Below are positions 1 to 10,300 of a stretch of DNA of 39,761 nt, piece after piece. Position 1 is the stretch's first letter. Each line of letters starts with the position of its first letter. A model generated the notes under the pieces. It had not been told where the DNA came from. It worked only from the letters and a program-made list of their open reading frames with translations, and made no database searches. The translations under genes were made by a program, and so were the position numbers. Source of the DNA: Phoronis australis (lineage: Eukaryota > Animalia > Phoronida); contig NMRA01000027.1 in NCBI GenBank assembly GCA_002633005.1, forward strand, positions 940,895 to 980,655, read 5' to 3'.

Positions 1-1139
1 AGTCTTGCTTTAGTTTTGAAAGGCAAATGACATCTCCTTGTGTTAGAAGCTTCGATTCAATGAACTCCAAACAAAACTGTAGAAAAACATCTCTGAAAAC
101 TGTGAATTCGTCACTCTTCACAATCGTTGTCTTTCTATTTTTTATAGCATAATGATCTGTGGTACTTGGCTTCTAAGACACAAGGTCTTTATCTTTGAAT
201 TTCATTTGCATATTCAGGGCTCTGGACTGAGCTGTTGTTTGCGATACAAGTCCAACTGAAAAAACCCCGAACTGTTAACACTAATTTAACATTCAACTAT
301 GAGTGAGTTGGCATGCAACTTTTTCAGACGGACTTATCATGAACTGATCCACCACCAGCCTAACAAATTTACATGACGTCTGATCTGTAGCCTAATAATG
401 TTGATCGTCTAATAATTAGATCAGTTGCTGCAACTGAAAATATATCAGTTGATATACCAGTGCAGTGATTGAAATTTAATTTTTTTAAATCAGATGCTCA
501 AACCATAGTCAATCGATTTACACTTATAGTAATTGACGTTTAACGAAATGGACCGTGGCTTCCATCGTCCTCAAATTTCGACAGCGACGATGGCCACTTA
601 GGCACTTTAATTTGATTATCATTGCAGCTACCTAAGTAATTAATGTTTACAAAAATTTGAGACTACGGCAGGGGATGACGGCCACTTGGGCATGTTGTTT
701 GCAACCATCTAATCCATTTAACCTTCTCAGAAATTTTTGACTTAAAGTGCTTTAAAATCACACCCACAGTATAACGCCATAGGATTATCCCTTAGCGCAA
801 GCATTGTCGATGTGGCAACTGAATGGAGTGTTCGAAAAACAGGATTGCAGGAGTATTTGTTTAAACTGGGAACAAATGAAAACATTAACGACCTCCTCCG
901 AGGCATCTCTCTACGCGGTACAGGTACTTCTAAACTTAGAGGAACATAATTTGCCGAAAAGTATCCAGCATATGGAGTACCTATGGTATGATCATCATCT
1001 CTACTGGGTCAGCTGTATTGTCTATGGCCTAGGCAGCCAAGAGGCTGAACAAGTTAAAAAACAACTGGTGATAATACTGAAACACACATGGAAAACACCA
1101 AGATGTATTTTTCAAACACACGTACCTGTTTTTGAAAGC

Positions 1140-1638
1140 TATACTTCTTTCTCTTTCTTGAAATGTGGCCCATAATGTACTTTTCCTGCTAACAAATGAT
1201 GCACTCATGTTTCAAAATGTTCCTATCTTGTTCAGGTTAATTGAGTGTTTCAGATTTTGGAAGTATAATTGATTTTCTTGGGAAATCTTGGATAACATCT
1301 GTATCACTTTCAGCAACTTCAACTTAAGTACTACTGTTGGTGCCTTGAAACGTTGCTATGCCGTTCTATGTCCTTTCATTTTTTTGGTCTGACACTTGGT
1401 CTTCTAGTCTACAGCACTCAGCAGTATACTGTGTAGGCTACCAGGACATGCAGCTGTTTTCTGCACAAACGTTTGTGACACCTCTTCTTCTTTTTGATCT
1501 ACTGATCTACAGAGTTCCACAGTCAGTCAGCTTTCGTCAGGAAGCTTTCCTAAGCTTCTTTAGGCTCTGACATCACAATTTTGTGCTGTTTGATAAACCT
1601 TGAATTATACAGGCATCACACTCCATGGGAGCAGCCAT
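1140..1638 (-). pseudogene. Degenerate ORF, possibly the N-terminus of a DNA-transposon protein
   Basis: Starts MAAPMECDACII at 1638; later RNILKHECIIC*QEKYIMGHISRKRKK (CxxC plus basic tract, reminiscent of N-termini of large invertebrate transposon ORFs); several stops. Family not assignable. Confidence 0.3.
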
Positions 1639-2164
1639 ATTGAAGTAACTAAGCACAACAACACAATCTGGCTCTCTGATTGGTCAATTCAATAGACGGG
1701 TGTCAAGAAATTGTGGAAAACACGTCAATTCGCTACGTGGAGCAAGATGTGCTGCGTTTGAAAGTATTAGAGTCCCTTTTAATTGCTTTTGAGAAGCCTA
1801 TTTTGAATGAGCAGCAAACAGGGTCGCGCCGCACGTTACACTTGTTTGCGTGACTTTCCTGTTACCCCAATTCTTTAGTCATTCTTTGCAGTATTTCACA
1901 CCCGCAGTGTCTCACTGTGTGTGTCGTCAGCTTATACTCTGTGGTGGCATTACTGCGTCATTTTATCTTCACTTGAGAATGAAACAAGTATGTTTCGAAA
2001 TATCGTGTGTCTTTTAATTATGTCGCTGGGTCAGTTACTGTATCTATGTTCAGTAGAGAGTAGAGTTTTGTTCAGAAAGTAGATGAACGCAACGGAATAA
2101 AGACCGTGAACAATGAAAAGTGTCGTGCATTCAACAAATTCTGTGTAACACAAACATATGTATA

Positions 2165-2230
2165 CGCACTCAAACGCGCACGCACACGCGCGCACAAGTA
2201 CACGAGCACACGCACGCAAGCACGCACACT
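2165..2230. repeat. Degenerate (GCAC)n/(CA)n microsatellite
   Basis: cgcactcaaacgcgcacgcacacgcgcgcacaagtacacgagcacacgcacgcaagcacgcacac. Confidence 0.8.
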
Positions 2231-3517
2231 TTGCTTAGCAATTATGAATAATTTTTCGAAAGTTACGTAAACACACTTGCATTTAGGGACTAAACTTTTC
2301 ATTCATGTCAAATGTAACTTCTTTCCTTAAAAGTACTGTAACATAATTTTAAGACCCAAAATTGTATTATTGAACAACTCCTGGCACGTAGTACGATAAG
2401 TTGTCAAAAGTTTAATAAAATGTTCAGCAAGACCTGTTTACAGCAAATACTTTAGATGTTTGAAATGACCTAAAACTATAGCTGCAAGGGGACATTATAG
2501 CCGAGACAAATAGCTTTCTAAGATCAGTTATAACATATAATCGAACTTGGAGCCTCGTCTTTGCTGACGGTCGTAAACCCCACTGGACAAATAGCAGAGT
2601 ATTTAAAGCGCAACAAGTGAATTCACCGGTCTTGGTTTCAGCGAATGTCTGACAGACATCAGTCAGAATTGGAGATTTGTAATAAAATCACAAAACACCG
2701 ATTTTTGTGTTTTACAGCTTGATCAAAACTAATATTTTCAATAAATCTATCCCACCTCATAAAATCCCACCTATTATGTGTCTTTAAGAGCATAATGGAT
2801 TTTACATGCACTAACCCTAAAACCTCCCGGAAGTTAAATTACAGTGATACAACAATCGTGGAGACGAGATATGAGGTCGCACATATAGCAAAGGAAATCG
2901 CCACCGATATAGGACATATACAAAAATTACACGGAGCGTCGCAAAACTAATGGCATTTGGACAGAATGCGCACGTATCGGGAGCACATGGACATTCATGA
3001 ACAAGGATTTTGAAAGATATTTGAATTCGTTGTTCAGCACTTCTGACGCACGAACTATTTTGTTCAGAACTTTAGAACATCCATAATGGATTTTGACAAT
3101 TTTTCCTTGTTAAAAGGAAGGAGTATTTGCTACTAAAAAGAAATTATCAAAATTACGAGTGAAGAATAAAATCACTTTAATTGTGACTGCTTTTAAAACG
3201 TTAAAACATGCTTGTGCTATCTACACGTAAATTCAGTCGAAATGTCATTCCCAATCAAACACATACTGCGTCGCTGAGGTTTAATTTGAATCTTCGTGTT
3301 CTTCACATGTCGTGTTCTTAAAACATCGGTTTGTTGGTGAATTTGTGTTATCCTCCTGAATACAGAACAGAACCAACTAATGTGTTTTTTCACTTAGAGT
3401 TTTTGGTCCGGCTTGGAACAGCGACAAATTAAATCATCCCTGTGACCCCTAAGGACATTGCCTGAGACAACACCTACGGTGTACTCACTCATGAGACAGA
3501 TAAAGAACATTCAACCA

Positions 3518-3652
3518 CAGGCCGGGGTGAATCCAGGATTTTTTGAAAAAAGGCGGTCCAAGCCAACAGTTTGAAAATTTTAGTTTCGGCATCACTATAG
3601 TCTAGGGAAAAAGGGGGTCCGGACACCCTTAACCCCCTGGATCGCCTACCTG
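3518..3652. mobile_element. Degenerate MITE with GGCGGATCCAGG-type termini
   Basis: caggccggggtgaatccaggattttt ... ggggtccggacacccttaaccccctggatcgcctacctg; imperfect terminal inverted repeats, same end type as 15160-15472. Confidence 0.5.
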
Positions 3653-4112
3653 GCGCACGATGGGGCCGTAAGCAGTACTCGTGACGTTACAATCAGTGGT
3701 GCATGGCTTGATGCAAAGAAATACTTCCTGGACGCTGTTAGGGTAGACTGGCGTGTATTGGGATAACAGCTAAGACAGCCAGAAAGCTACCTTTATGAAA
3801 TATAACATATATTCATGAATGTGCCCTTACCAGACAAGTATCCAGTGTTGTGAAAGAGGGTGACAGACACTGGAATGATGGTGTCGTTTTATGAGAGCAT
3901 AGTGACGTAATACAAAAAGTGACGAACAGAAAGGCCTTCCACCACACGAAGCCCCACCTATATTCACGTCTGGTGGTACGCACAAATTACATGCAAGCAT
4001 CTAACGACGGTGGAGGAAAGAGAATGGAAATGGGACATACATTGCATAGTTAAATAAAATAATCAATGCGACTAAATTGACAGCTGACCATTCTGAGAAA
4101 AAACGTGTATTC

Positions 4113-4131
4113 GTATTTGGGACACCCTGTA
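4113..4131 (-). mobile_element. Solo Tc1/mariner-like terminal inverted repeat end
   Basis: Reverse complement reads TA|CAGGGTGTCCCAAATAC, a common Tc1/mariner terminus with TA target; no partner end found. Confidence 0.4.
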
Positions 4132-4169
4132 TCAGCCCAACACGATTTTGGCCGCTCACGCAGGTTCTG

Positions 4170-4215
4170 CCCATTTCATTGGTTATTCGACTCATGCCAC
4201 TGGGCTCAGTTTTGA
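4170..4215 (+). promoter_or_regulatory. Putative core promoter of the giant gene (Inr plus reverse CCAAT)
   Basis: TCAGTT initiator-like motif at 4206-4211, about 40 nt before ATG 4251 (caaggATGc, A at -3); ATTGG at 4178-4182. Confidence 0.4.
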
Positions 4216-4250
4216 TCTTGAGGTGACACGAAGCCCGTCAGGTTTCAAGG

Positions 4251-4315
4251 ATGCTATCGCTTTTCAAGTTACTGGTTTTGCTTGCGTCCTTAGTTTGCGT
4301 TCATTGTCTTACTGG
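4251..4315 (+). CDS. Exon 1: signal peptide
   Basis: MLSLFKLLVLLASLVCVHCLTG: basic n-region, hydrophobic core, likely VHC|L cleavage; donor GG|gtgagt (phase 2) joins exon 2 in frame. Confidence 0.8.
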
Positions 4316-7300
4316 GTGAGTTCTCTCCTTAACATTCAGGTTTTCTGGCTATATAAATTGTCTAATATTGGTTTAGCTCGTTTCCCTTTGATACATTATT
4401 AATATTCTAAAAACACATTACTGTTTTAAATTCGATTTTGATTCATGTAAACACAGATGCAATTCAACAGTATAATGATGACAATCAGAAATTACATGAA
4501 TCTTTACGACAAATGATCATCTGTGTCTTATACGCAGTCTGTTTTGAACACTCCTTGCTTTCTTATCGGACTGCGCTGTCTGTTTACACGTCAAATTTCA
4601 TGATTCATTGGCTACTTATATGATATCCTTAACAGTTGTTTCCAGGCTGTAATGTTTACATAACACCAAGGCTCACGATTTTTTAAACACCATTTCATTT
4701 TTTAATCCTGTTGATCACAAATAGTCATGTTTATGGAAATTATTTTTGGGCGGCGTGAGACTCACGTGACCGTGATTTTCCTAAAAGTTTGAGAAGTTCG
4801 CAGTTCTTTACTTTATAACCAATCTTTCGGACTTTTACACACCTGATACAATGTACATGTGGTTATTAACGTACAGAACTAGAATGTACCAAGTCTCTTG
4901 CTAACACCCTCAAACCCTGACAAGCAGAATGTGAAATATGGAAAACAATTCGATTTCGACCTCAGGTCCAGAACTCGCCATGATGTTCAAATATCAGCAC
5001 ACCACCAGAAAACAGTTCCGCATTATGCCAAAGTTTTTCCTTAACTTCCTACCATGCGCCCTTTATTGGATTTAATATGTGACGCTGAACACTTTTCGGC
5101 AGAAAACTTGAAAAATTTCTTTACTGAGTGAGTTTTAATCAAATTCCACATCTATCTATTCTCAAACAGATGGTCATTCTACGAGATGCCGAAGTATTAA
5201 CTCCGAAGTGTATAAATTATTTTATTTATCAAATATCTCAGAGTCATCTTTGAAAAAGGCTCGCATTTCTAGCCTCAAATAAAATCCAGCCATCCCGAAT
5301 GCAAAATGGAGAACCTTGACCAAGGACCTTGACCTACATTCTACAGCTTCTGACGTCATACGGATGGTGTGCGATTTGCCTCAGGTCAGGGTAGTTTGTG
5401 AACCAGGAAGTGTATGTCCTTGATGAGCGGAGAATTTGTCTGGAAAAGAAATTTCTGTGAATCAACTATGTTTAAAACTACTTTTGTAGTAATACTTAAT
5501 AACATGTAAGAATTAAGATGAAAGCGTTCAGAAAAACTCCAAAGCTGTTGTGGTTGCTCGGCTTAAATGCAAGTGTATTCAATTAATGTCACCATGGTGA
5601 CTGACATCTAAGTGAGTCAAATAAGCTGACCTTTGCTATTCAATCTTCAAATTTTCAGCGAAATCACTGGCCAATACTTGTCACTTAATGTTCACCGAAT
5701 AAACTTTATATAATAAATCATTTCACCTTAAGGTAAATTTCAGTTTCAACGATGTAAGTTTAGGGTTTGTGGCAAGCACTACTGAGAGTGTATTTGACAC
5801 CAGCAGAATTAAGATAATGAAAAATAATCCTTTATGTCAAAATGCATAAAGAACTTTGGTAATTCACTTTTAGCCCTTACATAATCCACCGTAAAGTTGA
5901 GATTAAACATTCTCTTGGGTATTTTTCAGTGAGAATTTCGTGCCTATACTGTGTAATTCAGCTTTTTTTTGACCGTGAAGTAAAATGCCTATTCCAATAT
6001 GTAGCTTATAATGTTACAAAGCTCAAGCATGTGCCTCCTCACTTTGGCACCATACCAGCTTTTAAAGGGGCTGTGGACCCTCGTTCCGCCCGAGATTTTG
6101 GCAACTCACTAATGATCTAGAATTGCATCTTAGTCATTTTAGAGATGAATTCAGGTTTTCAAAAGTGGCACTTCGCGTGATTATTTTTCGAGACGTTGGG
6201 TCAAGTTCATTAATGCTGTCGTGCTAGGAAGCAATACTGGGCATGATTCCTGTCGTTGCAAGACAGCTGCTGAACAGTCATCTTGGTCAGGATGTTTCGT
6301 TTAATGTGTCCAGAATGATTTTGGAGAGAGCCCTTTGTAACTGTCTTAATTATCTTACGCAGATTTTTGCATTCATTTTGTTTATTTGTCTTTACATATT
6401 AGAAACACATAAAGATTACGCGACTATAAAACATAACAATTCATTTGATTTAACTACTATGCTGATTTCATTATGCAATTTTTTATCATAATGATGAAAT
6501 ATAGAATACACACAATCTGAGTAGCATGTGTCATTATACAAAACACGAAGCATGGCAATGGTTCGATGCAAAAACAAACTAATTACAAAGTGCAGATAAA
6601 TTAAAGCACGCATGCCTCAAATTTCGCATGGGCCTGCTCATTTATCACCAATTACCTTCTTAATTATTCAGTTTCTGTGATCAGGAACCCTTTGAGCAGA
6701 TAATAACATTAAAAGCGAACTCTGACTATGGAGAAATCTAACCCAAAACCATACAAAACTCGTGAATATTCAAAAGAAATGTGCGACATTCACATAATAC
6801 GCTATAGACTCGGTGAATAAAGAACTGAGTCAGTAAGAAATGAAGTACAGTTGATAGAAAAATACTGCAGCACTCGTAAGAATTGACTTAATTGAAGTAA
6901 TGAGAATGCCTCTACAATCTTTGAGGCAGGAACATTTGACCCTTGTTTCAAAAATAATATGCCATCTTATCAAACAAAATCTGTTAAAATTAAGTTATAA
7001 AATGATACATAGTTTCTGTCACTTCCAAAAATACAAGTAGCATTTGAATTCTTTGCAAAAGAAAGCAAACTGTCAAAATGTTTTCGAATGACTTCACAAC
7101 CACAATGATGGAACATCAACAATAACTTAAAGACTTAATGCATTGTTTTCAAAGTCCAAGCAAAAATAAATGCTCGTAAAATAGTTCACAATGTAAGAAC
7201 AATTTGTGTATCGCCTAAAGCTGACGTTATATGTTTTGAGTAATGTATTGAATCCTCCTTATAAGAGTGATTCAAATAAAAGTTGAAGTCTGCCTCTCTG

Positions 7301-10300
7301 CAATTAGACATTTCACACTCAGGAATAATAAAGTGTTTCACTGTCCAATACAGAGCTGTCTATGTCTGTAAACCTTGGGGCCCGTTCCAACAAAACTGAC
7401 TTAGCTAAGACAAGTCTTAAATTTTAGTAAATTTTGAAATAAAAGTTAAAGTTGTCTCAAAACCAATTCAAGAAAGAGATCTTATGTTTGACTTAAGTGT
7501 TCGTCACAAGTTCTGTCTTAATTTTGACTAACTTGCCGGCTGTGGAAGTTTCAAAGTGTGGAATTTAAGACAAATCTTCAACTTAAGTCAAAAATAAACT
7601 TAAGTCAGTTTCTTGGAACAGGCCCCATGTCTTTTGATTTGTTTATGGGTGGAAGTTTTCGTCGTACTTGTTTCGCACGTCACGTGATGGAATTTTAGTG
7701 TTTGATTGTATTGGTAAACTCATCTAATGGTTGACCTAGCAACTCCGGTGTGACGTCGGCAGCTGAAGAATGTGGGTCAAGGTGCTTGGTTAAGATTTTC
7801 CATTCCGCATCCAGTATTACATTTACCAAGCAGACATCTGTCTATACTTTCTCATTAACCCAGTAAGCCAACATAAGTGTGTATCATCTTACCATTAATA
7901 CCCGTATCTTATCTGATTAACAGTGACCTGCTTACACTAACATATCAGATGAAAGACCATGAAAATATCCTATAATACCAAGCATCAACAGCAATAAAAC
8001 GCGACCATTTCTGCCTTAACTTGGATAACTGTTTCATTTTCCTGCTTCCCATTTTCGAGGGCTTTTCCTTGGTCAGGGTCTTACGATGATTAGTCACATG
8101 CTATGGGAGCTTAAGTTTTACGAAAAACAAACGGAATATGGGACGTAATATACCTGTGAAAAGTTTATTTAATGAAGAATGTCAATTTGTATTCACAGCT
8201 TGCGTGACTGCAATTTTTAAGCGAGTAAACATTTATTGCATAATACAAACCCACGGCAGCAGTGAGCCCAGGAACTGCAGGACATTATAGAAATCTTTTT
8301 GTAATGGAAGCTGTGTTTAATCTTGCGTAGCTTTAAACAGAAAGTAAAACGTCTTTGTTCGTACTTTTCTAAAAATACTGATCTTTGGTTTTACATTTTA
8401 AAAACGTGTTTGCAGGATTCATTGAAGTTCGCCTTGATCTTGGCAACAGCAGAAAACCGGCACAGCAAACGAAACCCTTCATGTTGGTTTCAGTTCCATG
8501 AGTAAACACAACGATTATCTTGCCATTAAATACATGCTGTTAGTCATCGCATTTCTTCAATGGCGGTGCATGTTCGCACACCAGCTCCTGTTCCAAGAAA
8601 ACTGACTTAGCTAAGACTAATCCGAAATTTCAGTCACTTTTAAGGACAAGTTAAGTTTGGCCGTTCCAAGAAAGAGATCATAAGTTTTTGACTCAAGTTT
8701 TGTCTTACCTCTGACTAACGTACCGGGTGAGGAAGTTTCAAAGTGTGGCAGTTGATAAAAATCTAAGACGTGAGTCAAAATGAAACGGGTTCCATCAAAG
8801 GATATTGTGTGGTGTTTCGGATTTGCAAATAAACCGCCATGCTCGCGGCTACAAAATAAGATCGAAATGTGCCCTAAAGTCGCACAATAACACAACTTCA
8901 CAAACCACGAAAGCAGCAGTCCCAAAAAAAAAATTCTTCGAACTCGGAGGCTGGAGCCGCTTTGCGTTCTTGATGGTCTTCCAATTTTCACACTCTCTCT
9001 CTGAAGAAAATTGTCAAAATGTAGTACAGAAAGTATGCTCGCATTTGTCCCATTTGCTAGATTGATGCAGTAAAGAATATAACATGTCGTGGTATAAGGA
9101 ATTTTCGAATGCGAAGTGTGAATCCGGCCACCTTAGTTGAAAGAATCGTCCTGGAAACGCTATGCCATCACGATTTCTTTGCATTCCATCCATGTGACAC
9201 GTTCATTCTACTTGCAGGCCTGCAGGAAGTGTGTGCACTTATTACGTCACAGTATCTTATTCTCAAAGCTACAGCGAGAGATACAACACTAAGTGTGGAA
9301 AATGGGGATGGAAAAGATGTACACGACACAGGTAAACGACTTGTCAGAGGCAATGTTCTTACACAAGAAATATTTTAATGCGAGCCACGGGAAGTATTGA
9401 TTGTCTATGGCTGCCGAGACACATTTAGCGATCTATTGCCTAAGTACCACGTCAAGTGGCGTAACAGTAACTGTTGCCATTGCTGATTATTGTGCTCATA
9501 AAGTTAGCTAGATGTGTTTGTGAATGGCGTTTTGATACCTTGGCGTATATCCGTTTTCCATATAAACTGAGATGTAACACGCATGGAAGTCGTGCGGTCT
9601 AAGTATCTGAATTTTGGACAATGGCACACAAGTTGACAAATGCTTTTGTAGGTCATAACAGGAAGGCGTTACCTTCCTGGCCCTATTTAAAGGAGAATGC
9701 CACCCGATTTAATTAGTCTTTTTGGCCGTCTTAATCGGTCTATATCCACATCGCCTCGCATACGGTCGACCTTACCTTGCTAAGAGGTGTCGCGTTACTC
9801 TGTGAGGAAGGTGAGAAACGACGCTAGCGACGTCAGTGGTTCATCTGCAGAGTGAATGCCGCTATTTTGTTGTGCATCGTTCCTGTTTGTCCGAACTAGG
9901 CGAGGAAAGTGGGTATATTGTTTTTTGACTTCCTCGAGAGTCCAAAATGCTTAGGGAGTGGCTCGTAGTAGTGAAGAATGAAAAGTACGCTGTAAATAGC
10001 AAGTATGAGGCCGTGAAACATATCCGTGTCTGTGGCCTAAGGACATAGTGCCTGGCGAATGCCGGCTTACCCGCAAATAACTATCCATACGTCCCGTTGT
10101 CTGAGCTTGTTCAGGGCGCCTCTCTAGTATTTCTTCATCGCTGTATTCGAATTGATAGCCTGTGAAACTTAACAATCCACCTGCGAAGTCGGGACTGATG
10201 AGCTCTAGCTCATCTAAGTCGGGATTGTGAGTTGCCATGTTGACGTTTATTCGCTGAGCGTTCTGTTTCAAAATGAATTATTCTCACCCTACCAATACTT

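Noticed and set aside
804-1175. 123-aa + strand ORF
   Set aside because: TTG start, no recognisable motifs or splice context; lies in a probable decayed repeat.
8270-8498. Possible MITE with ggaactg/cagttcc ends
   Set aside because: Only 7 bp of clear inverted match and no TSD; cannot be supported.
8995-9045. Hammerhead-like CTGAAGA...GAAAG on + strand
   Set aside because: Stem II is only 3 bp and misplaced, and no stem I pairing is possible.
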